A program made the translations under genes and the position numbers. A stretch of DNA of 64,000 nucleotides from Dicyema japonicum (taxonomy: Eukaryota; Animalia; Dicyemida): assembly GCA_011109175.1 (NCBI GenBank), contig RDEW01000076.1:1-64000 (forward strand). Reading direction: 5' to 3'. Each line of letters starts with the position of its first letter. Position 1 is the stretch's first letter. This document shows positions 38,586 to 50,830 of the stretch, in pieces. The notes under the pieces are model-generated. The model ran no database searches, was not told where the DNA came from, and saw nothing but the letters and a program-made list of their open reading frames with translations.

Positions 38586-39851
38586 CTATTCCGATAACTC
38601 TGGATTGCATTCTTCCTCTAAATTATAAGGAATCGCTTCATAAAGAAGAGCTTCAAATCTGTCCAGTTCGCAGAGCTTCCCGCAACCTGAATAGACTCCG
38701 TCACAAACTACCCGGAATTTGAAGAACGCTGATATTCTTACTGGTCATCCTGTAGATGATTCGTACATACCACGTGGAATGAATTTCGTGCAACTCCACA
38801 AAAATACACGCGGCAAACTCCGGCAAGGTTCCATTGAAGACTCTCATCGCCCCCAAAAGTGACATGACCGTTCGATCGTGCTAAACTCAGCAATATTTGA
38901 CCAACCCCTGAATAGATAGTCGCCTACCGATTAATTCCGGCATTATTTGCCCTTCTGTCCTTCATTGAATTTATGATACTCTTCAAAAGCGGTCCTTCAT
39001 TTAGCAAATCCTAACCCCCACGAAATCGTTTCAATTCGACGTTGTTCTCAAAAATCATGTGATTTAGAGAAGCCAATTCTCTTAGCTTTCCTAACATTGA
39101 GTCGTCAAGCCAATCCGGCATCGACAGGCCTTCGGCTTTCTTAAATCAGAAAAGTGGGTACATCGCAGTAAATGTTTCAAAATATGAGTGAATTCTGGAA
39201 ATGGGAGATACGAATATCCCGCTAATTTAGAAACCCTCGAAATGAATTCCTAATTGTCGAAGACATTACACCTGATTTTCCCCGTCGACCTTATTTATCA
39301 AAGGCTGTGACTTTTCTAGCAGTTTATCATAGTCGGGGCATGGATAATCCATGTGTATAACCTATCCTTCACATTGAGGCGTATAAACCTTATCCTCAAC
39401 CTTGGGGATAGTATGAACTGGAATGGGTCTCCAATTCAGACTGGGGTTCCAGATTTGATCTCCAGTTGGGGGATACAAACCAGCCAAATTAGCCAGGGCA
39501 CTCATGATGGTTCGTTCTTTGTCGGAAGACAGTATTTGTATGTCAGATAAATTATAGGGAACTAAAAAGGGATACGATTCCCTGATGAATTGTCCCAGCT
39601 CGTGATGCATTGCTATTCCATTCTGCTATCTCACACAAATTGTCAAACGTTTGTGAGTTGTCCAAAACCACGTTTCCAGTGATCTATATGCTTATTGGAG
39701 GGGAACAAGTCCCATCCGACTATTGGACTTCGAGCTCCGTGTCTATAAATCTAGAATTTATATTTTTTATTACAATGTTTAAAAATCTCAAAGTTTCAGA
39801 GTGCTTACATTTTCCGGAATCTAAGAATAAAAAAGGGACTAATAAAATCAT
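38586..39851 (-). CDS. Histidine acid phosphatase (lysosomal/prostatic type, no C-terminal TM); 8 tiny introns; in-frame TAG at 38924-38926, so possibly a pseudogene
   Basis: Signal peptide, RHGARSP, GQLT, ERTIMSALANLAGLYP, WRPIPVHT, YSG|HD, IPGC..C. Confidence 0.85.
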
Positions 39852-40039
39852 GTTTTCTATCAATTTGATATTCAATATTTATTAAATTTTTGGTTTCTTT
39901 TATTAAAAAAGAAATTTTTATATTAATTATAATAAATATTAAAAACTCATTAAACCTAACAACAACAATAAAATATAAAAATATTAATTTTATATTTTTA
40001 TTTAATCGGGCTTTATTTAATCATCAAATAAATAAATAT

Positions 40040-40920
40040 TTTAACAATTATCAACCTTCTTAGCTTGCTGTTCGCCAGCCTCCTCAGACAGGTTCAATTC
40101 TGGCCGTTTAAACATCTCCGAGAGAGCATTTCCTAGCTGTGCCCTCTGCTCATATGGTATCTCCGGGATCTGCCTCCTATACTCCTGCGTCAGGCTCTCT
40201 AGAATTCGCTTTAAAACAGTGGACTGTAGGCATGACTAGAGCTTCCTATCTACCCGAACTGTTTTAGATGACCCTCATGGTACTTTGTTCCAATTCCTTC
40301 TCATGTCACTACTATTGGAACAACGAAGACCTTGAAATCAAGTATCTGCACCATCTCGTTTGCAAGCACTTCATATTTCCTTTTTCTACCTCCACAGTCT
40401 GCAAACGGTCTTTGTGCGTAATGCTGATAAGGACTTGGCCAGACTCCTTATCGTGTACCACAATATCCGATCTATTGTGCTTGACGATCACCGAGGTTCA
40501 GACAACACTGTCCACTTTTATCTGGACTCTGGAAATAGACGTGGCAGAGCATGGATCCGCATCGTGTGGATAAATGATTAACCGACATGTTATTCGACTT
40601 AGAATGGGGACATGTATTTGTTGATCGACCCAAAAAAATATTGCGGTCTTGCATATACGTGTACAACGCCTCCGATCGTAGTGAGTTGTCACCATATTTT
40701 AGCCATCACGTGGTAAATATAGTTTCTCCTTATCGGCTGCCAGCACATGGAAACAGTTTTCTCTGAGTACCCCACGGTTCATAACATCAATCTCATCATA
40801 CTCTTTGTGTGTTCTCTAGGACTCTTACTAACTCGCTACGTAAAACAGTTCCAACCCCCTTTGTACCCAAGCCGTTCTTTCAAAAACATCTGCAAAGGTA
40901 TCTGTCTCTGGTTGTACATG
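40040..40920 (-). mobile_element. R4/Dong-like retrotransposon 3' remnant
   Basis: YMQDRNIF..TCPHSK..VNHLSTRC; colinear with 12660-13530. Confidence 0.8.
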
Positions 40921-43124
40921 AGATTTAGTCACTCTCGCTGAAAACGATCTACTCTTACGGATTGTTGTTTCTGAGTGTTAGGTAATAAAATAGAAAATAT
41001 CACAACACACCACCAAACAGTTAGATGATCCAAATTTTTTCAATTAGATGTACCACCCTTCATCTTGTTCAGAGATACTGGAAGACCCTTCTCGAGCTTC
41101 ACAGGAAATTGATTGGAGAAAAAAACTTCTGAGCCAGCCAATTTAGATTTTTTCCTTCTTCAGAAATGGAGTGAACCCGGTTTTACGGCTAAAATTGTAA
41201 GTAGGATTGATCATAACCTGTAGTGCTCCATAAACCTGTGCCAACAAGCAGAGTTCACTTATATAGTGAATTGACTCTGGGACGTATATTCTAGCAACAA
41301 CAATCTCTATGCAACAGAGGGATATCTCACAGTCAGTGCAATGCTCTGAGCTTTGAGAAGGATTCGTCCAAATTGTAAGGAGTCCTCTGGAGGAGAGCAC
41401 GTAAAACATCTAGTTCTGAGAACTCATTTTGATTGTTTGGTTTCCATGGGTCATATAGTTCTTTAGTCTTGTTAGAAAGCTCAAGAATACCTCTAAAATT
41501 GCAGGTACTCGACGAGGTGTAATAAAAATTGTTGGCTCCACTTTATTTCGCGGTCTGAAGTGGAAAGTTTGTATGTTGATGTTGCTGCCAATGATAAATG
41601 GTGGTTGATTGTCAACCAGTCGTACACATCATCCACTTTATTTGAGCTTTTCACAGTTTCTGGTCACAACGATAAGGTCATCTGCATATGGTAGTAACTT
41701 TATTATTCTAGAAATCCGGGACATTTATTGATTTTGATAATCAAAATCCGGGACAAAAAAAATTTCACAGAAAAACAAGGAAATATCTTTATTTAAAATT
41801 AACTAATAAAGTCGATTATATTTTTGAACAGACTGTACTTTATCTAGAAATTTTTGATTTAAAAAATCAATGCTCAAATTACAACTCAATGATGATTTGA
41901 GGGTTTCTTCTTTCATTCGACCTCTTTCATTTGACCAAGTGGAATTATTCTTTCTACAGGAGCAGTAGTGCCGGGTAAGCAAAAACATATTCATAATTTT
42001 AATAAAATTAAAATTTGAATACTCTTCTCATTAAAATATTTACAAACATGCAGCCAAATTATCCTGATTAGTTATCCATTCCTTACCATGCATTCAGCGG
42101 TATGATCGTTTCCACATTTTTAAGAAATTAATATTTCTTCTTAATTGCTTGATTAGAAATACAGAAATACAGTTTGACGTGACAGGCATCACAAACAATT
42201 TTTAAATTACGTGCTATATTAATTCAAATTTAATACAGTAAACACTCATTAATCCGAACTTCAATAATCCGAATTTTTTGATGAGTCAGCGAAATTTTAC
42301 CAAGCGTCCTTATTAACAGGCTTCAATAAACCGAAACTTCATAATCCGCAATACGAAAGACATTTATTAAAAATTTCGAATTAATTTAAAATCTTAGAGT
42401 GCCACGTGGTTAGAAAGAGGACCGAAATTCCTATTGCACGGAAAAGAAAGAATTCAAAATGACTATAATTATTTATTCCTAATTCTTCGAAAAAAAAAAT
42501 ATCCCATATCTGTGAAATAAAAATTAAACTTTATTTGGGAATTTCGAAACTCAAAAATTCTCAAAAACATGAAAAACTGGAAAACTCTGAACATGGTAAT
42601 TCGCTTGTTGAATGGATTTCAAGATAAATGCAATCAACGGTGTCATTGATATCATCATTTCAAATGCTAAGGTACTTGGTGAAAAGGTCGTATCAATGAT
42701 CTGGAATTTAGTAAAGGCAACACAGATTCAAAGGAAGATTTAATTTAAACTAAAAGTTTTTCACGGAGAAACCAAAAACCTTGACAAGATGAAATTAATT
42801 TGAATTGAAAAATATGATCGATAAGTTAAAAGAAATTGTCCCTGACGTATTGCTAAACATGGATGAAACTGAATTTTTTTTTAAATCTTTCCCTTTAGAA
42901 CGATTTCATATAAAAATAATAGGGATAAAGCAATCAAATGTGAAAATTACTATAGCTAAAGCAACTGGAATACTAAAAACTAAATATTTGTTATTTGGCA
43001 AGTCAAAAACCGAGATGTATAAAAGATTTTGACTTAGAAAATTATTTACTATGCAAATAAAAGGGTTTGGATGACAAGATAACTTTTTAATGTTTTCATC
43101 AGTCATCTTAGCGATGAATTAAAA

Positions 43125-43419
43125 CTTTTTATTTATAAAAGGAGAGTAAACGGTTATATAGCGGCTGCCCTGACTGCGTGGCTATTCCCTATCAGGATAG
43201 CGAGCGAGATTTGCTCAAATAACCAGCAACACTCACGAGGGTCTCCTGTTGCGATCCGATTCCCTAGACGACTCAAGAATTCCAGCGTCGCAGGCGCAAG
43301 GGAACCAGACGTCTCAATGGAGAGTGGGACAAACAAAAAGTCCTTGGGTCGGACCGCGTACTTTTCCCGTTTCATCTTCTCTGCCTTCTCAACGGTAGAA
43401 CAGACTCCATTCCTAATGG
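43125..43419 (-). mobile_element. CRE-like 3' fragment inserted in the pogo element
   Basis: KREKY..FVPLSIETSG..WLFEQISLAI..GN; flanking 9-bp duplication GAATTAAAA at 43116-43124 and 43420-43428. Confidence 0.8.
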
Positions 43420-43990
43420 GAATTAAAATATTAAGGAAAAAGTTCTTTTTACTGATAGATAATACTTTTCAACGAAATTTTTTGAAAATTAAAATTTTAT
43501 TTATTCCAAAAAACAAAACATCTTCAACCAATGAATTCAGGCATAATCAAGAACTTTAATCATTATTGTAAAAAAGGCTTATTTTGGATTGTGTGGAAGT
43601 TCTTGATTTGGAAAAATAAATTTTGTGAATTTACGGAAGGCCATCATTATGATATCTCACGCATGAAGTAAAGAAGACACAATAAAAATTGTTTCAAAAA
43701 GATATGGGGAATTTAATGTCTTGATTAATTTGCTAATGAAGATATCATGCAAGATCCTGTTTTGAATGAATACAAAAAAAACTAAAAGAACTTGCTAATG
43801 AAAAAAAAACTCAAACAGAAATGCTCGACGAGAACGAAATCTTTTTTATGTAGATTACTATGTCGACGAAAAAATTATTGGTGCTGAAAATGGAGAGATT
43901 ATTACTATTTATGAAAAGAAATTAGTACATTTATTTCCTTCACAATCCGAAAGGCATCTAACTTTTTTTGTTCGGATTAATGAGGGTTTA

Positions 43991-44303
43991 ATAATAATAG
44001 CCTTTTTCACGGAGCCGTGGTATTAGCTCCGCATAGGCAGGACACACACTTTATTTAAGTAAAGAACAGTTAATTCTAACTAATCGTAGAACCAAGGAAT
44101 GATCTTCACTTCTTTTTTCTTTTTCTTGTGTGTGGGTCCTTTCTAGACAATCCAGTTCCGTAATGAGAGTCCACTGATGACGGCGTCACTCGTCAAGCCT
44201 TTTTAGCATCGTAGATGCGTGGAACCTTCCACCAGGTGAGCAGCGAGATTCGAACCGTAACCTAAGTCACTTTAGCCCGACACCTAACCACTATGCCACC
44301 GGC
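43991..44303 (-). mobile_element. Full-length tRNA-derived SINE (about 313 bp)
   Basis: Head GCCGGTGGCATAGTGGTTAG..GGTTCGAATC (pol III A and B boxes); (ATT)n tail; 13-bp TSD TAATGARGGTTTA at 43978-43990 and 44304-44316. Confidence 0.9.
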
Positions 44304-45359
44304 TAATGAAGGTTTATTGCATATATTTTTATAATTTTTTTTTATAATTGTTAGTTTTTTTAATTATATAAATTATCACAATTCCACATTACTAAATAAT
44401 AATTATGATGGTAATCCAAGTAATAACAGAGGATCTTGGTCGTCTATTGGTCTGATTGTAAAAACAAGGTGAAGAACGCTTGAGAGAGTGGGGAAATAAT
44501 CGAGATCTTGATCTTAGATGACATTAAGGAACCCTCCTTTGTTGTCTAGAAAAAAACCGGTTAAAAAGATATCAGCACTAAGTGCTACATCGTTGACAGG
44601 TGAGTAATTGTTGATCTTCTTGGGGGATAATCGAGTTTGAACTCATGTTCGGAATAGAGGGAGTAATATACATGAGTTTGAGCTTTTAGAGTACTATGGA
44701 CAGGTAGAGAGATGGATCAGAATGAGTCACGGTTTCCTTTCGAGATTTCAGGCTTCAGTATTTGTGTGATAAGTGAATTCCTTGAGATCTCTTGTAGATG
44801 AATATTTGTGTGGATGTCGTGGGGGATAAATTTATTTACTAACCCGGGTATACCGGAAGGAGGTTGAGTTAATTAACGTCTATCTTCTCTGTGTTCTTGG
44901 GGTTAAGTAAAACATAAAGGTATATCCTGTTCTTATGGTCTGAGTGAAACGCATCCTTTCCAAACGTCACGACCATTTTCATCGTTGAGGGAACCTATTG
45001 ATTTAACAACCTAAACCATGGTAAATTAAACTAACATCACGTGATCCTGGTGCATTCTAACAGCGACCTCATCTTTGCCCGATGTTCTCCCCTCGTGCCC
45101 CGGAATTAACGTACAGGACAGCTGACTGTTTTTCAGGGCAACATTCCCGTGATCTGGAGTCTAGTCTCATAAGGGCCTCCAAAAACGTCGGTCAGGTTCC
45201 GTGATCTTCATAAATCGAACGCTCCGTTACTCTGTTATCCCTCTTTTGCATTTTTTCGATTTTCTTAATATTTGTCCCCACGAAGCGCATACATGTGGGA
45301 ATATGGCACAATGTACGGTTGTACACGTTCATCAGGACCGGGGAACTTTTATAGTAAAA

Positions 45360-46013
45360 AGTTAACAACTAGTTAAGTGTATCTAGTTTCCACTTTTACA
45401 GAAACAAAGTCCTTCAACTCACAAGAATCTATCCGGAACCAGCATAAAAGAGACGTCTATTCCTTGCAGTTGTGGAAACCTCTCCAGTGGAGTGAAACAG
45501 AGAAAATGATCCTTTTCATTCCAGACTGGCCACATGAGAAGTGAATCACATGACACCACTCTAGTAGGAGAGGGAAGAAGAACAGACAAAACAAACAGTA
45601 ATATTCAACCAATTAGCCATATATCACCATGTGGCACCATTTACGTTAATCGCTTTATTGACTCAAAATATTTTTTTTGTTTTTTGAGGGAACAAGGGAC
45701 AGATCTTTCGAAGCAAACTTAGTGGTTGTTAATGTTTTCAAGTGATAAATTTGTCTTACCAACCCGGACGCTATCACATACGACATTTATTAACTCCGAA
45801 TACACCGAGAAAGAAGTTAAAGTAAACAACTAAGTAAGTGTATCCAGTTTCCACTTCTACGAAAACAGAGTCCATCCGGAATCATCATAAAGGGTAAGAC
45901 GTCCATTACATACAGTTGTGGAAACCCCTCCAGTGGAGTGGGGGAGAGCAAATGATCCTTTTTCGTGCCGGCATGGCACCTAGACAGGTGGATCACATGA
46001 CGTCACTCTAATA
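45360..46013 (+). repeat. Two diverged copies (about 200 bp) of a dispersed repeat: 45360-45565 and 45822-46013
   Basis: Shared AAGTGTATCYAGTTTCCACTT..CAGTTGTGGAAACCYCTCCAGTGGAGTG..ATGATCCTTTT; the core also occurs near 6428-6470 and, inverted, near 9915-9965. Confidence 0.85.
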
Positions 46014-46120
46014 GAAAGAAAAAAATCGAATTTTTAAACCATTATCAGTAGTTTTTAATAAAATATTTAAAATAATTAAAAAATAACTTTGATTGATGTT
46101 TAAAATAAAAATATTTTGTA

Positions 46121-47231
46121 ATGGAAGCTGTGAGCTATCGAATAAAGGCAATTTTATTTATTGTTTTTCACCACACTGAGGGCATGCGCATTCAACATCA
46201 ATATCCCCCTGGTGTAATAGATGAGAAAGAGATCAACAATATGTCCTGTCTACTAATGCCCCACGTGGATCTTACCAACCAGATATTGGGCTTCAGTCTA
46301 AATAATTTTAATGTTTTTATTTGTCAAATTGGCAGCTAATTGGGTATCCGATTTGTTTGATGGGAGATAAATATCCAAGAAATTCTTTTTCAGTTAATTT
46401 TTTATTCGTTTTTGATTCCAATGATCAAACCAGCGACTATCACCCCGTTATTTCTGCCATTGGCCGCTTTCTTCGTTCCGCAGAGAGTCAAAGTCTTGAA
46501 ATTCTTGTATTTAAGGTGGATGTCTGTTTAAAGACTCTGAAATGGTTGATTTGGAGGATACTATAAAGGAGGTTTACAATGATCTTAATAAAACGGGGGA
46601 AGGTTCCCTAAGGGTTTCTCCTGGGTGGACTCTAAGAGTTAAACTCATCCATAAGGAATTCTTTGGTGAAGCCTTCTGCAGTACCGACATTCCAAAGCGT
46701 CTGTCTCTACAGGTTGACGTTTTGGGGGATCTTAGGCTTTTCTGTGTCGTCAGTGGCCTTTGTCTTCAATATTCGTGTACTCCAAAATTGACGGCAACAA
46801 GAATATTGAGGATATCGCCAATGAGTCTAGTATTTCTCCGGAGGACGTCTGGGAGATAATTTCTCAGTTTGTTGTATCGAAGTGTGCAAGTCTTCTAAAG
46901 TTTGTGGGCCCTGATGATATTTATGGGACAACGAGAAAAACGGTAGACTTCTATGCTTCTTTGAAACAAAACGGAGGGAGAAACTTTCCAAGAATGATGA
47001 AGTTTGCAAAAGAGTGGGTGAGACACACTGACTTGATGCGAGCTGTGTGCTCCTTTTCACGTCGAGCCACGGTTGCCAGACTTAGAGAGAATTTTATTCT
47101 CGGAGAAAATAATTTCGAGTACAGATTTTACTTATGGTAGTGACTTTGTGAGAGCTGCTGTGGAGGAGGGTCTATTAAAGAAAGAGAAACTCCCATTTAA
47201 CTACTTTGCTGATTTTATCGATAAATGTTAG
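46121..47231 (+). CDS. NPRL2: GATOR1 subunit NPRL2 (divergent, shortened C-terminus); 4 introns, two without AG
   Basis: RIKAILFIVFHHTEG, LIGYPIC..KYPRNSFSVNFLFVFD, DLN..G..LRVKL, DL..IDG..I..IA.E align with NPRL2. Confidence 0.82.
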
Positions 47232-48379
47232 TTTGAGTATTCACTGTTAAGGGTCATCCTATGGTTACAAAATATTAGGATTTTGGTATTTGACAAAATT
47301 CTGGAACACGTGGTGGTTCCTGTCTCTGTGGATCACCTGTATGCGTCAGAATGAGTGGACTTGAGTCGTGAATGGTAAGGATATCTCAAGTTGAGTGGCC
47401 TTCGAGTTGGTCAACTATTATTCTGGGGTGGTTGCTTCGAGAATTTAGTTATCCAAGACGACTGTTGTAGTTCAAGAACAGAGGTTTACTCCTTGGGGTA
47501 CACACCATAGACTCTTTGAATGGAGGGAGCAGTATTTGGAGGATGTCATGTCTATAATTGGAGATAAACATTAACGTTCTTTTCTAGAAAAAAGTTATAA
47601 CCAAAATGATGAAAGGAGTATTCACCCCCTGACTAGACTAAGAGGAAATCCTTGGGGAGAATAACAATTTATTAACCCCAGGCTTACAATCTTTGGTGAT
47701 TCCAGCACAAAAAGTCATCACTAATTAATCCAAGGAAGGAACCAAAGTGAGAATGTCTGATTGTGCCGACCAAATCCATCCTCCAATAGTCAATTACAGT
47801 CTTTCCTAAGAGAGGTGGAGAAGTAGGTCCACCCTCTTCCATTTTTGTTGCGGACATCACTCCATTTTTCGTAATGGTAATCTTCACCAATGAAGTTGAC
47901 CAGGGAAAGATAGGAAGATCCCTCTCAACAACTGTGTCGTGCCAGAAAGATTCGTCGTCTTGCGGGTGGGCGGACCAAAATAGATTTAAAAAAATTGATT
48001 ATTTTACTAATTATTGATTAAAACTTCTTGATGAAGACCAAAGGTCAAACTTTAAATAAATATTTATGATAATATTTTACGGATGAATCACGCCTGCTTA
48101 CGATACTTTGACCCCTCGAACACGGGAAACCGGCCATTAGAACATTAAATAATAGAGGGCTCAAAATTGATCCCTGTGGTTTCTCCAGCCATTTTACATG
48201 TCTTGATTGGGTCCAAGCAAGCCGCTATAACAAAATGTCTTTTGCATAACACAGATATCCTAAAACTCATATTTAAATTATGCATGATAAAATCCTCGAT
48301 GAAATTGATGGCTCCAGTAGCATCATCAGCATAATTGTGCTCATTGACTCTTTTAAAATGATGTCTTCCTTAGTTTATA

Positions 48380-48620
48380 ATCTGACTGCGTTGGCTCTTA
48401 CGATTGCAATAGAGATCAACTGGAAAAGCCATCTATTCTCACGTGCATCGTGGTTTTTTAGTGTAGCCAGGCGTCCAAGTTTCTTTAGGAAACGAAGCGA
48501 TTTCCCGCTTATTCTTCCTGTTGTCTCACCACTATACGGCAGAACGTGAACCGATCGTGCAGCGCTTCGTATTTTCCTCCTTCGTTTTCATTGCATTTTT
48601 CGCGGCATACGATGTGTTTA
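48380..48620 (-). mobile_element. CRE-like endonuclease 3' fragment (paralogous to 16340-16480)
   Basis: Minus strand KEEKYEAL..ETTGRISGKSLRFL..WLFQLISIAIVRAN; nucleotide match to 16370-16470. Confidence 0.7.
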
Positions 48621-49929
48621 CCGCGGTGATTCAAGACAAAGGGCAAATTTTATGGAAGTCATATTCAAGCGTCGTATATAAAACTTCTGGATCTGCTAGT
48701 AAGTGAAGATAATACTGGCGAAAAGTTACATCTAGGAACCAGCCCACGTGGTCCTTTGATTTGCCGGCGATGAATTTACCGGTTACCTAACAACACTAGC
48801 TCCACAAGGTCGGTTTTTATGATCTCCTCGCAGCTTAGATCACTTTAAATTTGAGTTGGGGGTAATAGTTTTATGCACTGAGGTGTTTTACAAACCTTCT
48901 CCCTTTCCAGTGAATGAGACATTTAAATAATCCCGGTCATTCAATTTCTTTAGACATATGAAGGGTGAATGGATATAAGAAGCAATGACTCTTCCTAATC
49001 GTCGGCCTCGTGGTTTTTGGTGGTAACTCTGGAAATGAAATGTAAACTCTAAAAGACCACGGTAGCACCAAACTAACTACTCACGTGATCCCAACAGGCC
49101 TCAGAAAGACTTCACCTTGAAACGCAATGCTTTTCCTCAACCCCAAACACACCATAGTTGAACAATCACGCTCCTTGGTTCACACGTTTAAAGATTAAGA
49201 GGCGTTGGAGATGAGCCTTTTCCACAAGTCCTCCACTCCTTATCTTTGAATGCCCTTTTCTGGGTAAATTCGATCTTTATGGCATTTGTCCAGGAAAATG
49301 GACTCCATTAGGCGAATATTTAAGAGATTTATGACTCAATGTATTGCTTGTAGATATCTTCTAAAATAAGATAATTTCTTATCTTTCATACCCCCGAAGA
49401 CTTTTCAAACGTTTGAGTGGCAACTCTTAGTCTCACACATTTTCAAGGCGGTGGAAATTCCTATTTTACTGAAATGTAAAAAAAAAATTTTGTTACTAAA
49501 ATTACTGACTACGGCGTTTTATTATGGCTAATGGATATTGCTTTATTTCAAGAAACGAAACTCTCCCCCAAAAACCTAACCCAAACTTTCCCTGGATACT
49601 CAGTGTTTCGCAAAGACTAGGAAGAGATGGAGGCTTCTTATCATTGTCAGGAATCAGTTACAGGTTAAAGATTTATCGGATAAAGTATCAATCGTCCCGA
49701 ACTGGGTCATTTCATCCGAATGGAAAAAGTCATACTCTGGTGACCTGAATTCGAAGAGCCCCTGGGATATAAGAACTAACAACTGGACCGAACAGACACA
49801 CGAGGACGCCAACACGGAACGACAATTCTCCAACCTCACCAGATCTTTCCCTTGTTGCTGCCATCACTTGGGACGTAATTTATGATTTGCATCAAACTTT
49901 CTTGGGCTTCAGTCTAAATAATAACCTCA

Positions 49930-50830
49930 TTAAGGAGAGAAGCAGGCATATGAAGAAGAGTGAGAAATCATAATTAGATATCAACGAGACCACTAAAGCT
50001 TCAGAATTGAAAAATATTCAGTCCGCAATTAATAGTCGCTTACCATCGAAGGAGTCGAGATAGCTTTATGGACTCAGTTACTGCGAGTATGGGGGACAAA
50101 TTCAGTGAATAGTAAGGAATGTAGTTTTATAGACTATACGGGAGAAAGTACGTCGAAATATGCTTTTGCAGTAAAAATTGCTAGATTGTTGGATGTAGAA
50201 CACTCCGCTATTAGAAATTTGACAGTTCGGTAAAAGATTGCTAGAAAACTAAATTTCATCTCAGACAGACGTACAAAAATTGTATTTACTGAGGAATTTG
50301 CTTGAGAGAGGAATATGCTTAGTATCCTATGTCGGACGGACGTTACTGAAATTCAAGACGAACCTTGAAAAGAGGACATTGTCATTATAAAAGCAGAAAT
50401 TAAATGAACTCAATCTCAAAGAAAAACCCATATGACTTCCATCATGGAGCTCCTTTATAAAAGCAGAGAACAGGCTCTGATGATGATCTTCATGAGTCCC
50501 CTATACATCAGATTTCTCATATCAAAGACTATAGAGAAGAATTCACGCGACATGACTCTTTACATGAAGAAGTCGTCAACTTGGTTTGTACATCCAAAGA
50601 ACCGTTGATCATCTGGTAACCAGATGTAACCATATGATAGACTCAGAATATACCCGAGGACATAATGAAATTGTTCTATTTATGCACGTGAATTTTTGTA
50701 TTCACATTGAACAGACAGATGAACGAAATCTGGCTGATTGAAATGGGGGTTACTTCTCAGGAAATTTTGAAGTTCGGTGAAGTAGAAAAACTCAATAATT
50801 ACGACTTATTGGGTAGTGAACGAGATAGAA
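49930..50830 (+). mobile_element. Decayed R4/Dong-like retrotransposon
   Basis: TVDHLVTRCNHM..HNEIV..LIEMGVTSQE..EKLNNYDLL. Confidence 0.7.

Larger units (their letters stand above)
42236..44319 (+). mobile_element. Decayed pogo/Tigger element carrying two nested insertions
   Basis: Left terminal inverted repeat (TIR) TA-CAGTAAACACTCATTAATCCGAA; right TIR TTCGGATTAATGAGGGTTTA..TTG split by a SINE; NMDET and LLIDN remnants. Confidence 0.8.

Noticed and set aside
38924-38926. Stop-codon reassignment (ciliate-like code)
   Set aside because: Only one internal TAG was found across ten genes, and TAA, TAG and TGA all terminate genes normally.
44235-44303. Functional tRNA gene
   Set aside because: It has A/B boxes but no convincing cloverleaf or terminator, and it continues into a repeated body with a tail and TSD, so it is a SINE head.
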